Assembly (NCBI GenBank): GCA_963675495.1
Contig: OY776215.1
Span: 928,001 to 992,000, forward strand
DNA length: 64,000 nucleotides
DNA from: an uncultured Methanolobus sp.
Lineage (GTDB): Archaea; Halobacteriota; Methanosarcinia; Methanosarcinales; Methanosarcinaceae
Direction: 5' to 3'
Made by a program: the position numbers and the translations under genes. Each line of letters begins with the position of its first letter. Positions within the stretch are counted from its first letter, which is position 1. The notes beneath the pieces were generated by a model, which saw only the letters and a list, made by a program, of their open reading frames with translations, searched no databases and had not been told where the DNA came from. Below are positions 9,170-20,367 of this stretch, piece by piece.

Positions 9170-12100
9170 TCAATTTCGCTTTCTCAGAACTATACAGCAA
9201 CCTGCAAGGAAGACTGACAGCATAGCCATCATGCCTTCAAAGCCAGAAGTAGTTTTTGATTGAATATCTCCAGTGTTGTCCAACCCGGATACATCCGCAT
9301 CATTAACGTCTCCTGTTGACATTTTAGTTTCAGTATATTCTTCAACCCCTATTTCAGGATAGCCCACAATTGCAAAAGGAGAGAATCCCGGAGTCTTTGC
9401 TTTAAAGTGGAGATATCCATCTGCCTCATTTACCAGACTAGTATCAAGTTCTTCCCATTCCTCGTTGGAATAGTGCAAAAGCCTTATAGAACTTTCACTG
9501 ATACCATTCTCCAGTAGCCATGATTTGCTGACCTTAAATCCGATCACACAATCCTTTATGTTGTCAGGGTCAGAGAAACCTGATTTCCCAACCCATATGT
9601 TGAGATTGCGATACACGGTTCCTTCAGGTTCCTTGTCAACAAGTGCAGATCTATCATGCAGGCATTCTATAGTTGCTGATATCTTACCCCAGTTCCTGGA
9701 AGCTGTGAACTGGATGTATTCCAGCTCATTGTTCTCATCTAAGAAGTCATAGGATGTGACAGAGTCCTTTTTCACGAATTCTGATCTTACGTCCTTGAAT
9801 GCAATGTTCTCGTAGAGTTCACCTGTGGCACCTCCACCACCGCCTCCTCCACCACCACCGGAGCTGGTGGATGTGGTGGAAACTGGATTTGAAGGTAACT
9901 CTTGTTCTGATGATGCATTCATATGGGCAATTATAAGACCATTCGAATGGTCTGCTATGTAAAAGGAATTGTTAGAAACTGCAATGTCCTGTGCAAAAGT
10001 AGTCTCATAAATTCCTGCAACCACGGGCAGATCTGGCTTATGAGCATCAATTATAATAACACCATCATTTCCAGCTGCTACATACACATAATTGTTATAA
10101 ATCGAAATTCCAAATGCCTGGTAAGTATATGGAGAATTACTTCCCGGATAGCTACCAAATAAAGTTGGAGAGGAAGGAATACTTACGTCAATTAAGTAAA
10201 GACCATCATCTCCGTAAGCGGTTACATAAGCATAATTTCCTAAAATAGCAATATCAGCTATACCATCTGGGAAAACATAATTCCCAATCAATTCAGGTTC
10301 AGAGGAATTGCTAACGTCAAAGATTACAAGCTCATCGCCACTATCTAAATACACGTAATTACCAGAAACAGCAATGGCACTTGAAAAACCGCTTAAATCA
10401 TATGTTGCATCCAGAATCGGATTCTTAATATCACTTATATTTAGAATAGCAAGGCCTTTCGTGCCATCAGCTAAATACGCATAATTACCGGAAACAGCAA
10501 CATCCTCCAAATATCCAGCTGTATTATATCCAGAGACATACGTTGGGGCAGATGGAATGCTGATATTCATAATTTTGAGACCATAATAACTATCTGCCAC
10601 ATAGGCATAGTTACCATCAATAGTTACCTCCTGTGCTCTATACACAGACTCAAACTTGCCTTTAACTACTGGTTTTTCTGGATTGCTCATATCAACAATA
10701 AAGAGATATCCAGAATCATCTGCCATATAAGCATAATTTCCAACAAGTTCAATACTGTCTATTATCGTGATACATTCATATGTACCTGCAAGTTCTGGTG
10801 AGTTGGAATCGCTGATATCAACAACTAAAAGTCCACCATCATAAGCACCCATATAGGCTAGGTTATTATTGAGGGCAATGCTGTACACACCCCTATTGTA
10901 GATTGCGTCCAGAATGGGAGCTGTAGGATCACTTACATCAATAATATGGAGACCAGCCATTGATTCACAATAAACAGAGCCATTATAAAATTCAATGAAA
11001 CCTGGATTACAATCAATATAGTAGCTGCCATCAAGCTTTGGATTAGCAGGATCAGTTACATTAAGGATGAAAAGACCCTGATCATATGAAGAAACGTAAA
11101 CATGATTATTTGAAGCGGATATCGAACCAATACCTCCTCCCAAAGAATAGTTGCTAATAAGTTCAGGCAAATAAGGATCACTTACATCAATAATATAAAT
11201 TTCATCACCATAATTAGCTGCATACACATATTCACCTAAAACATCCACAAAATCTAAATGAACATCCTCATAACTACTTTTATAATATGGAGAAGAGGGA
11301 TCACTGATATCAATAATAATAAGTCCATTCCACCCAGGCACATAAGCATTGTCTCCTGATATAACAATATCATCTAAATACTTGGCACCGATAGTGTCAG
11401 CAACACAAGTGCCTACAATTGATGGATTTTCCGGGTCACTTATATCAACTATAACTAGACCACTACCATATGTTGCTACGTAAGCATATTCACCTTCAAC
11501 AACAACTTTTTCCCCCCTTGACAAAGTTGGTATTCTTGATAATTCGAATATGTTAGATGAATTGCTGATGTCTAGCACAACAATGTTTTGCCCTTGCAAA
11601 ACATAGGCATTGTTACCGGAAATTGCGATATCTGGCATAAAGCCGCCATAATATGAATCTAAAGTTATGTCTAACGATGTTTTTTTGTCAATTACAGAAA
11701 ATGAAGTTGAAACTTCGTCAGAACATTGATAATCATCATCTTTTACGCTGAAGTAAATGGTATGGTTGCCGATAGACAGGTCAGAAGTGCTAAAGTTTGC
11801 TGAATTACTCAAATAACCGTCGATACTTGATACCCATTTATAAGAAACAACTCTACCGTCACTGTCATGCCCTTCACCACTGAAAGTGACCATGTCACCA
11901 AAAGCATGTGTGATGTTAACTATGGAAGCTACCGGCTTCTGAAGCGGGACTGATGAAACTAAAACTTTATCCAGAACAATAGGTGACAGGAACCCATCAT
12001 TGTCCTCCACCTGGAAGCTAATAGTATGTGTACCGTTTGAGAGAGAACTTGTACTGAAGCTGGACAAATTGCTCAAATGGCCATCTATACTGGAAATCCA

Positions 12101-15100
12101 ATTGCATGAAACAATCGTACCATCATAGTCAGTACCACTTCCTCTAAATTGTACTTCATCACCAAAACTACATTTTGCAGGATAGATATCCACAATAGAA
12201 GCTGTTGGTATCTGTGAATATGAAGATTTTCCTAATCTTATTTCTCTAAATGGATAGAATCTCAGATCAGAGTCATCTGCAACCCTGAAATACATTCCAG
12301 GAGCAAAAGGAATATCGTTTCCTGCGATTAAAGATAAGTTGCCGGAGTTTTCCATATGGACACTACCATAAGATGTTGATTTTACTTCCAGTTCACCAAA
12401 CTGCTCACCAATATCCAGACTGACTATTTCACCAAAATCAATCAACCAGATACTTCCAATTGTTACTACATCACCTGTGGAATCTCCAAATACATCAACA
12501 ACTTCAGCACGGAAAACTAAAACATCATGAGTACCTGCAACATCTGTTCTGAAGTCCCATGTTACCGGACCGGATGACAAATCTACAATCTTATCTGAAA
12601 CCAGAGATCCATTACTATATAGCTCAAGATGGGCAGTCTTATTAGCTATATTTGTCTGATTTGCACAAATTTCAAATTCATCTGCAATTTCAAACTTTGA
12701 ATTGGTATTTAGTACAATATCTGCATCACTATCAAGAAGCAGTTCTGCAATCCAGGAAGCATTATCATCGTCCAGTGAGACATAATTCTGTCCAAAAAAT
12801 CCTAACACCGGATAAGTATAGGCACATGCGCCAGTGCCATCTGCATCAAATCTACCAGCATAATCAAGCTGTTGAATAGTCGAGTTGTAAGAAAGGTATG
12901 ATTCGGGAATCATGCTTCCTAATATGGAACTTGCAACCAGTTCTTCTCCACCAAGGTTGTTTTCAAAATCATAAATAAGCCCTGCAAAATTACGAGCATC
13001 CCAATAAGCTGAATTACCTGAAGCTACCGAACCTCTAACTTCATAGATACCAGGTTTTGACTGTTCCTTAAAAACATTGAATCTAAGTTCAGATGAATCT
13101 GCAACATCGATGTGGAAACCTTCTGCTATGTCAACAACAGAGCCTTGATTAAGTGTTAAATCACCCAAATTAGTCATTATTATGGACATTCCAACCGAAT
13201 CAACCTCGAGTTCACCAAACTCATCAGATGTTTCGATTTCCAACACGTTTTCATAATCAAGAAGCCAGACACCCTCAGTAACAACGAGGCTATCTACTTG
13301 CCCCTGATAAATATCAGTTAAAAGTAATCTAAAGACAATGACATCATTCTGAGAGCCTATATCAACATCATAATCCCATGTTGCTTCCCCCATTGCTAAA
13401 TCAATAACTTCATCCTCTACAAACACATCATCTTTGGAAAGTTCCATCCAGACCTTTTCACCTGGTACATCAATTTGTTTTGCCGTAAGAACATATCCAT
13501 TTGGAAGTTCAAGCTCTGTACCTTTGCTGAAAGTATGCTTGCCATCTGAGTCAATTAATAATTTGCAAATTTCACCAGCATCCGTATCAGATATTGGTAC
13601 AAATGTTTCTCCAAAAAATGATATCAAAGGATAGCTGTATCCTAAAGGATCAAAGGAATTGCTAGTATCGCTAGCAAAATCTGCAGTATAATTTTTCAGT
13701 ACAACCGATGCATTGTAAACAAGACCATCTTCTGGAATTGTTCTTGTGTCTGAAAATCTAAAGATACTTAGAGTTTCACAGGAAAGATCATCATCAAGGT
13801 CATACCATAATCCCGGGAAATCGAGTGCATCGATAATCAGGCTTCCTCCAGAAGCTCCAATAATGGAACTTAGATCATTGCCGCTGAATATCTGACTTCT
13901 GACTCTAAGAGAATCTACATGAGGAATAGCCTCTTTAACAGTCCATTCCCACTCATTTGTAAGATTTCCATTAATATTGGAAACTTCGACTTTTACTTTA
14001 TGCTCACCAACCAATGGAGGCTGCCCTAAATAAGAAGAACTTGTTAAACTTGGATTTTCCTGAACATTTGTACCATCTACAAACCATGTGAAATTGGAAA
14101 ACTGGTTTACAGATATTTCAAAAAGCTGGAACTCATTACCATAACTTTCTACATTAGAAAGAGGAGAGTATGATTCCATGCTTAAAGCATATGGGTTTTC
14201 CACTGTAGGGTATTCTATTACAGGTGATTCAAAAATAAATTTTTTCATAAATGGATAGTATCTTAGATTTGTATCGTCTGCAACTAAAAAAAATAAGTCC
14301 TCTGCAAGATAAACTACTTTATCCCTGGTCAAAGAGATATCATCTGGATTTCGCATTGAGATGGTACTTGAATCAATCGAATATACCTCAAATTCACCGA
14401 ATTCATCAGTCAAACCTATCTCCACAGTATTCGGATAGTCAGCTAGCCACAATCCTTCAAAGCTTACTTTTCCTTCTGCATTCTCCTGATAAACATCTGT
14501 GACTAAAATACGGAAAACAATAACATCCTGCAGGCCTCCTACAGAAGTCCTATAGTCCCAGGTAACAGGATCATTTGTGACATCTATAATCTTTGAAGTT
14601 ACAAAGCTACCATCTTTGTAGAGTTCGAGCTGAACAGTCTTAGATGATTCATGAACAGATTTTACAACTAAATTATGCTTGTTTGGCATCTGCAAAGTTG
14701 AGTTTTCTGACAATATGTGTTTATTAGTGTCGTCAACAAGAAGTTTTGTAACAATAGCAGGGAAATCATCTTTTAAAGGTACATATGGCATTCCAAATAA
14801 TCCCATGAGGGGATATGAATCATCATTAAGTCCTGTCACACCACTCTCGTTTGAGAAATTTGCTTTATAAGGTATTTGCATGATGCTAGTATCATAATGA
14901 AGGAAACCTGCAGGAATTGTAGTTCCAGACATATTATTCACAAATAGTTTTTCTCCACCTGCATTTTTACCAAAGTTGTAAACCAAACCTGAAAAATTGT
15001 AAGCATCCCAGAAAACAAATCCGTGTTCTGCAGTTGCACCTCGTATGAAATATTCACCAGGTTCACCCATTTCTTTTGCAAGAATAAATCTTAGTTCGTC

Positions 15101-16030
15101 CGAATCTGCAACTTCAAAAGTAATGCCTTCTGCCAGATCAACAGATTGGCCTGGATTCAATTGCATGTCAGCAGAATTGCTCATTCCTATTGAAGTACCA
15201 ACGAAATCAACTTCAAGTTCACCAAACTCATCAGCGATTTCAATTTGCAGCACATTTTCATAATCAAGAAGCCAAATACCTTCAACAACAGCAAGACTAT
15301 CTACTTGGCCCTGAAACACATCAGTCATAAGCAATCTAAAAACGAGAACATCATTCTGATTACCAACATCAACATTGTAATCCCAGGTTGCTTCTCCAGC
15401 AGTTGTGTCGATAACTTCATCCTCAACGAATTGTCCGTCCTTGGTAAGTGTCATCCAAACCTTATCACCTTCTACGTCAATCTGCTTTGCAGTGATCGCA
15501 TATCCGTTTGGAAGCTCGAGTTCGGAACCGGTTCTAAGTGTGTACTTGTCATCGCTGTCTACTAGCAATTTAACGCTTTCACAAGCGTCTGTGTCATCGA
15601 GAGAAACATGAGAATCCCCAAATACAGAAATAATAGGATAAGTGTAAGCAGACTGAGAATTTTGCTCCTGAGCAAAATCTGCCACATAAGCAGTTTGCAC
15701 TATTGATGTGACGTACGAAAGATCACCTGCAGCAATTGTTCTACCCTGAGTTCCCGATGAATTGCAAATAGTAAGAACTTCACTGGAAACATTGTTGTCA
15801 ATATCATACCACAATGCAGGAAAATCATTGAAATCTATTTTCAGGCATCCATTTCCTGATGAAGAGAGGAGAGATTGAATATCAGTTCCACTATATACTC
15901 CACTACGGAAAAAACAGCTATCATCAACACCTGGAATAATGATGTCCTCTGCTTCTGCAAAAGTGGATAAAGATAATATTAACAATAATAATGTAATCAA
16001 TTTTACAAATGAACCCATGCGTTTTTTCAT
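9170..16030 (-). CDS. Large cell-surface protein: signal peptide, Methanosarcina-type S-layer duplication domains (two pairs), Ig/PKD-like domains, LVIVD repeat propeller, Gly linker, PGF-pre-PGF domain, C-terminal TM anchor
   Basis: FPALWYDIDNN/AKQIDVEGDKVW/FQGQVDSL S-layer motifs occur twice; many YAYVA..GL.I.DISDP..P repeats; SGGGGGGGGGG; TPGFSPFAIVG; SGF-TM-RKRN tail. Confidence 0.85.
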   Translation of the reverse strand: MKKRMGSFVKLITLLLLILSLSTFAEAEDIIIPGVDDSCFFRSGVYSGTDIQSLLSSSGNGCLKIDFNDFPALWYDIDNNVSSEVLTICNSSGTQGRTIAAGDLSYVTSIVQTAYVADFAQEQNSQSAYTYPIISVFGDSHVSLDDTDACESVKLLVDSDDKYTLRTGSELELPNGYAITAKQIDVEGDKVWMTLTKDGQFVEDEVIDTTAGEATWDYNVDVGNQNDVLVFRLLMTDVFQGQVDSLAVVEGIWLLDYENVLQIEIADEFGELEVDFVGTSIGMSNSADMQLNPGQSVDLAEGITFEVADSDELRFILAKEMGEPGEYFIRGATAEHGFVFWDAYNFSGLVYNFGKNAGGEKLFVNNMSGTTIPAGFLHYDTSIMQIPYKANFSNESGVTGLNDDSYPLMGLFGMPYVPLKDDFPAIVTKLLVDDTNKHILSENSTLQMPNKHNLVVKSVHESSKTVQLELYKDGSFVTSKIIDVTNDPVTWDYRTSVGGLQDVIVFRILVTDVYQENAEGKVSFEGLWLADYPNTVEIGLTDEFGEFEVYSIDSSTISMRNPDDISLTRDKVVYLAEDLFFLVADDTNLRYYPFMKKFIFESPVIEYPTVENPYALSMESYSPLSNVESYGNEFQLFEISVNQFSNFTWFVDGTNVQENPSLTSSSYLGQPPLVGEHKVKVEVSNINGNLTNEWEWTVKEAIPHVDSLRVRSQIFSGNDLSSIIGASGGSLIIDALDFPGLWYDLDDDLSCETLSIFRFSDTRTIPEDGLVYNASVVLKNYTADFASDTSNSFDPLGYSYPLISFFGETFVPISDTDAGEICKLLIDSDGKHTFSKGTELELPNGYVLTAKQIDVPGEKVWMELSKDDVFVEDEVIDLAMGEATWDYDVDIGSQNDVIVFRLLLTDIYQGQVDSLVVTEGVWLLDYENVLEIETSDEFGELEVDSVGMSIIMTNLGDLTLNQGSVVDIAEGFHIDVADSSELRFNVFKEQSKPGIYEVRGSVASGNSAYWDARNFAGLIYDFENNLGGEELVASSILGSMIPESYLSYNSTIQQLDYAGRFDADGTGACAYTYPVLGFFGQNYVSLDDDNASWIAELLLDSDADIVLNTNSKFEIADEFEICANQTNIANKTAHLELYSNGSLVSDKIVDLSSGPVTWDFRTDVAGTHDVLVFRAEVVDVFGDSTGDVVTIGSIWLIDFGEIVSLDIGEQFGELEVKSTSYGSVHMENSGNLSLIAGNDIPFAPGMYFRVADDSDLRFYPFREIRLGKSSYSQIPTASIVDIYPAKCSFGDEVQFRGSGTDYDGTIVSCNWISSIDGHLSNLSSFSTSSLSNGTHTISFQVEDNDGFLSPIVLDKVLVSSVPLQKPVASIVNITHAFGDMVTFSGEGHDSDGRVVSYKWVSSIDGYLSNSANFSTSDLSIGNHTIYFSVKDDDYQCSDEVSTSFSVIDKKTSLDITLDSYYGGFMPDIAISGNNAYVLQGQNIVVLDISNSSNIFELSRIPTLSRGEKVVVEGEYAYVATYGSGLVIVDISDPENPSIVGTCVADTIGAKYLDDIVISGDNAYVPGWNGLIIIDISDPSSPYYKSSYEDVHLDFVDVLGEYVYAANYGDEIYIIDVSDPYLPELISNYSLGGGIGSISASNNHVYVSSYDQGLFILNVTDPANPKLDGSYYIDCNPGFIEFYNGSVYCESMAGLHIIDVSDPTAPILDAIYNRGVYSIALNNNLAYMGAYDGGLLVVDISDSNSPELAGTYECITIIDSIELVGNYAYMADDSGYLFIVDMSNPEKPVVKGKFESVYRAQEVTIDGNYAYVADSYYGLKIMNISIPSAPTYVSGYNTAGYLEDVAVSGNYAYLADGTKGLAILNISDIKNPILDATYDLSGFSSAIAVSGNYVYLDSGDELVIFDVSNSSEPELIGNYVFPDGIADIAILGNYAYVTAYGDDGLYLIDVSIPSSPTLFGSYPGSNSPYTYQAFGISIYNNYVYVAAGNDGVIIIDAHKPDLPVVAGIYETTFAQDIAVSNNSFYIADHSNGLIIAHMNASSEQELPSNPVSTTSTSSGGGGGGGGGGATGELYENIAFKDVRSEFVKKDSVTSYDFLDENNELEYIQFTASRNWGKISATIECLHDRSALVDKEPEGTVYRNLNIWVGKSGFSDPDNIKDCVIGFKVSKSWLLENGISESSIRLLHYSNEEWEELDTSLVNEADGYLHFKAKTPGFSPFAIVGYPEIGVEEYTETKMSTGDVNDADVSGLDNTGDIQSKTTSGFEGMMAMLSVFLAGCCIVLRKRN

Positions 16031-16231
16031 ACCGGTACCACCTACCCACTACATACTAAATTTTTAGTATAAAAACCCAGTTGTTTATAAATGGTTGTGA
16101 ATAAAATAATACTGTATATACACCAGATTTAGATTTTTAAGCATCTATGCACTAGCAGAAGAAATTTGTTTGATGGGTTAGTAACTTGTTAAAAAAAGCA
16201 AGGAAAAAAGAATTAAAGCCTGAAAACCTAC

Positions 16232-17917
16232 TCACAAATAAGCTTCAGTAACATACCTATGCATCATCCTGTGACTGTTGAAATAATAAGCTATCATCTC
16301 AATAGAGTCATTCATCAGATTTATCCACTCGTCCTTTCTCTGGTAATATTTTGGGATAAGGATGTATTCCAGTTTATTGTAAAGGTCATCAAGTTCCATC
16401 ATTTTCACCTGTTCAGGGGATTTGTCCACTTCCGGTTTGGGCCCTATGGCGTATCCGGTTACACCTTCCACACAACCCTCTATCCACCAGCCGTCAAGAA
16501 CACTAAAATTAACAACACCATTGTGGGCTGCCTTCATACCGCTGGTGCCTGAGGCTTCAAGTGGTTTTTTAGGATTGTTCAGCCAGATATCCACACCTGA
16601 TATGATTTTCAGAGAGAGATCCATATTATAGTTTTCCAGATAGGCGATCTTTATTTCGCCTTTGAGTTCTTCAGCATACTTGAATATGCTTTCAATGAAT
16701 TGTTTTCCCTGAGTATCCCGGGGATGAGCCTTTCCTGCAAATATCAACTGTATCTTTCCGGCTTCATTCACTTTTCTGAGCCTCTTTAGGTCGGAAAAAA
16801 TAAAAGTTGGTCTTTTGTACTCTGTGATACGTCTGGCAAAACCAATGGTCAGTGTATCATAATCCATATCAGTTCCGCATTCACTGTTGACATGATCTAT
16901 CAACTCTTTTTTTGCACTTCCGTGAGCTTCCCATATTTCTCCATCTGGTATGCTTCGGACCCTGACAAGGAGCTCCGGCTCATTTGCCCATCCTGGAAGA
17001 TATTTGTCATAAAGAGTTCTGAAATGGGGACAAACCCAGGTATAAGAGTGAACACCATTTGTGATCGAATTGAATTTGTATCCAGGGAACATCTTTTCGG
17101 ATATCTGCCTGTGCCTTTTTGCAACACCGTTGACATAGTTGGAAAGGTTCAGGCCAAGGACAGTCATATTCAATTGGTGCTCTCCACCATACTTCTTCAG
17201 GATCTCAAAATCCGAATTATTCCCTATCAACTCCATAACAAGATCATGTGAGAACACATCGTGTCCACTTTCAATAGGTGTATGAGTAGTGAAAACACAC
17301 AGCTCCTTGACCTTATACGAAGACATATCGTTCTGACGTAGTAATTCAAGAGACAGAAGACTGGAATGACCTTCATTCATATGATACTTCGTTATAGAAT
17401 AACCAAGCTCTTTGAGCATCCGGACCCCGCCAATCCCCAATATCATTTCCTGCTTCAATCGGTACTTTCTATCTCCGCCGTAAAGACTATAGGTTATCTG
17501 TCGGTCTTCTGCGGAATTACCTTCAACATCCGTATCCAGGAAAAGTACAGGAACTGTTTCCCGGGTCAGGCTTCGGTGTTCATAAACCCAAGCCTTTACC
17601 TTCACATCCCTGTTTTGAATTCGAACAGTCACTTCAGAAGGCAAAAGCTGCATGAAATCAGCTGGAGACCACTCCTGAGGATGTTCGGTTTGCCTGCCTG
17701 CAGAATCCAGTTTCTGCATAAAGTATCCCCTTCTGTTCAAGAGAGTGACACCAATAAGCGGAAGCCCCAGGTCAGCACTTGCCCTTATTGTATCGCCTGC
17801 CAGTATACCCAGACCACCGCTATATGTCGGGATCTCCTTCTTTAACCCGATCTCCATTGAAAAATAGGCTATCTTTCGCCCTTTTTCCAAAATGACACTA
17901 TCCATATTATCGTGCAC
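16232..17917 (-). CDS. glgP: Alpha-glucan (glycogen/starch) phosphorylase
   Basis: YFSMEIGL..YSGGLGILAGD, HMNEGH, FARRITEYKR, AGKAHP and PLP-lysine motif EASGTSGMKAA. Confidence 0.92.
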   Translation of the reverse strand: MHDNMDSVILEKGRKIAYFSMEIGLKKEIPTYSGGLGILAGDTIRASADLGLPLIGVTLLNRRGYFMQKLDSAGRQTEHPQEWSPADFMQLLPSEVTVRIQNRDVKVKAWVYEHRSLTRETVPVLFLDTDVEGNSAEDRQITYSLYGGDRKYRLKQEMILGIGGVRMLKELGYSITKYHMNEGHSSLLSLELLRQNDMSSYKVKELCVFTTHTPIESGHDVFSHDLVMELIGNNSDFEILKKYGGEHQLNMTVLGLNLSNYVNGVAKRHRQISEKMFPGYKFNSITNGVHSYTWVCPHFRTLYDKYLPGWANEPELLVRVRSIPDGEIWEAHGSAKKELIDHVNSECGTDMDYDTLTIGFARRITEYKRPTFIFSDLKRLRKVNEAGKIQLIFAGKAHPRDTQGKQFIESIFKYAEELKGEIKIAYLENYNMDLSLKIISGVDIWLNNPKKPLEASGTSGMKAAHNGVVNFSVLDGWWIEGCVEGVTGYAIGPKPEVDKSPEQVKMMELDDLYNKLEYILIPKYYQRKDEWINLMNDSIEMIAYYFNSHRMMHRYVTEAYL

Positions 17918-18096
17918 CTTAATATTCTATCAAAGATTATTGAAAATTCTGTTAAATTTCTCTAAGCAATAAAAGGGCGTTTTCACTAATATGCTTTCAC
18001 ATCAACCTTTTAAAAATTCGAGAATCTTTGAAGCCGGAATCTTTAGTTTCCTCTATGAAAGGATACCGTAATATACTATGTTAAAAAAAGATCAAT

Positions 18097-19569
18097 TCAT
18101 TTTCTCTTAATCATAAAGTCCACGAAGCTTCCCGCAAACTCCCTGTAAGAACTCGCAACCAGATGAGCATAGCATCCCAGCGTATTGTTAACCGTGAGCC
18201 CGTCCCAACCATCGATTATTCCAGTACCTCTGGAAAGTTTGATCGCGAACTTCGCATCTTTAGGGATGTTGGTCACTTCGGAGTGGTGGAACTCGTGACC
18301 ACGGAAAGAATTTCCGGTTTTGCCAATGACAGAATCCACATCCAATGAACCTATATTATAGCTGACAACACGTTTGTGACCCATTAGAGTATGTCCGGGA
18401 AGTGCACCAACCATATCATGGGTGGATTCAGGCATCTCAGCCATGTTATGAGCTCCCTGCCCTTTTACTCCAGTGCTGAGTTTTTCGGTCAGGTACATTA
18501 GACCGCCACATTCTGCATAGATGGGAAGACCGGAGCGTGACGCATCAAGGATATCCTCACGCATTGGGACATTATTCTCGAGTTCTGCGGCGAAAAGTTC
18601 GGGGTAGCCGCCGCCAAGATACAGACCATCGACATCCGGGAGTTGTTTGTCATGGATAGGGCTGAAATATTTGATATCAGCTCCTGCCATTTCAAGCAAT
18701 TCAAGATTGTCATGATAATAGAAATTAAAAGCTTCATCAAGGGCAACACCGATTACCGGACGATCACCTTCAATTTCACGGGGCGTAAAAACGGTCTTTA
18801 GCGGACGTTCAAGAGCAGGAGCTGTGTGAGCCATTTCCAGCAGAAGGTCTATCTGGATGCCATCTTTAATAGTAGTTTTAATGAAATCTATCCTTTCATC
18901 GTAATTATCAGCACGACGACGTTCCTCTATAGCAGGAACAAGACCGAGGTGTCTCATGGATATCTTCATAGAATTATTACGACGGATAACACCGATTACG
19001 GGAATGCCCGTATAGTGTTCAATTGCCTCGGTGGCTTTTTTCTCATGCCTTGGGCCACCTATGTTGTTGAGGATGACACCGGTTATACGTACATCCTTAT
19101 CGAAGTCCTTGAACCCATTTACAAGAGCCGCAGCGGAGCGGGTAATGCTTCTTGCATTGATTATAAGAATAACAGAACATTTGAGTATCTTGGCTATCTG
19201 TGCGGTGCTGCCAGTGTCCGTAAAGCTGTCAAAGCCTTCAAACAGACCACGAACACCTTCGATGATAGCGATATCTGCATCACCGTCAGCTTCTGTACCG
19301 TGGATAAAAACATCCCGCACACCATCTTCATCCATCAGGAAACCATCGATATTACGAGCCCTGCGGCCTGTAATTTCAGAATAATAACTGGGATCGATGT
19401 AATCCAGCCCGACTTTATACGGCTGGACCTTATACCCGGCCTCAGTAAGAGCCGCAAGCAGACCAATAGTAATAGTAGTCTTGCCTGAGGAGGAACTGCC
19501 TGCGGACAGGAGTATCCTTGGTATTTCTTTTGTTTCTGGTTTCAAAGGTGTGTAGGACATTGCGATCAA
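18097..19569 (-). CDS. cfbB: Ni-sirohydrochlorin a,c-diamide synthase (F430 biosynthesis)
   Basis: CbiA/CobB-like SGKTT, KVGLDYIDP, EGVRGLF and GATase YAECGGLMYL/GHEFH; context with cfbC/D/E. Confidence 0.9.
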   Translation of the reverse strand: MIAMSYTPLKPETKEIPRILLSAGSSSSGKTTITIGLLAALTEAGYKVQPYKVGLDYIDPSYYSEITGRRARNIDGFLMDEDGVRDVFIHGTEADGDADIAIIEGVRGLFEGFDSFTDTGSTAQIAKILKCSVILIINARSITRSAAALVNGFKDFDKDVRITGVILNNIGGPRHEKKATEAIEHYTGIPVIGVIRRNNSMKISMRHLGLVPAIEERRRADNYDERIDFIKTTIKDGIQIDLLLEMAHTAPALERPLKTVFTPREIEGDRPVIGVALDEAFNFYYHDNLELLEMAGADIKYFSPIHDKQLPDVDGLYLGGGYPELFAAELENNVPMREDILDASRSGLPIYAECGGLMYLTEKLSTGVKGQGAHNMAEMPESTHDMVGALPGHTLMGHKRVVSYNIGSLDVDSVIGKTGNSFRGHEFHHSEVTNIPKDAKFAIKLSRGTGIIDGWDGLTVNNTLGCYAHLVASSYREFAGSFVDFMIKRK

Positions 19570-19572
19570 CCT

Positions 19573-20367
19573 TTAACGTGTAAGTTCACGCAGTCTTTCA
19601 TCTTCAAGAGCTGAAGGCATAACTGAACCCTCATTGGACATGATGGTATGCGCAAGTTCACGATATACATCCGCAACAGGTGAATCCGGGGCTTTTTCAA
19701 GCACAGAGAAACCATCCCTTTCACAATCCTGGACGATCTGTTCCTTTGGAATGAAAGCCATGAGTTTGCTGCCGATCTCTTCTGAGAAATTCCTCACGAT
19801 CTCCTCTTCCCTGGTAACACTTCTGGAATTGCAGATAATACCTGACAGTGGGGTGTTTATCTTGGTAAGCCCCCTGCAGATATTGTTTGCAGCATAGAGT
19901 GGCATGTATTCACCTGATGTGAGAATGTAAGCCTGATTGACAAGTCCCTTGCGTATAGGTGCAACAAAGCCACCGCACACGATATCTCCAGGAACATCGT
20001 AGATGATAAGATCCATATCATCTATGGAAGTGCATACTTTTTTCAATTTCTGTATAGCAACAATGATACCGCGCCCAGCACATCCGATACCAGGTTCAGG
20101 TCCGCCAACTTCAACGCATTTGACGCCCTTATAACCTTCATGAACAATATCTTTCTCAGCAACATCGAGTTTCTGCCTCAGAAGGTCTAGAATTGTTGGT
20201 ATCCTCTTGCCTCCAAGAAGCGTAATGGATGAATCACTCTTAGGGTCACATCCGATTATCATAACTTTGTGGCCTTCGTCAGCACAGGCTGCTGCAACAT
20301 TAGAAGCAGTACTGGATTTACCGATGCCGCCTTTGCCGTAAATGGCTATCCTTTTCTGTGCCATCAA
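19573..20367 (-). CDS. cfbC: Ni-sirohydrochlorin a,c-diamide reductive cyclase, ATP-dependent reductase subunit (NifH-like)
   Basis: [30 protein letters not shown] and [11 protein letters not shown]. Confidence 0.93.
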   Translation of the reverse strand: MMAQKRIAIYGKGGIGKSSTASNVAAACADEGHKVMIIGCDPKSDSSITLLGGKRIPTILDLLRQKLDVAEKDIVHEGYKGVKCVEVGGPEPGIGCAGRGIIVAIQKLKKVCTSIDDMDLIIYDVPGDIVCGGFVAPIRKGLVNQAYILTSGEYMPLYAANNICRGLTKINTPLSGIICNSRSVTREEEIVRNFSEEIGSKLMAFIPKEQIVQDCERDGFSVLEKAPDSPVADVYRELAHTIMSNEGSVMPSALEDERLRELTR

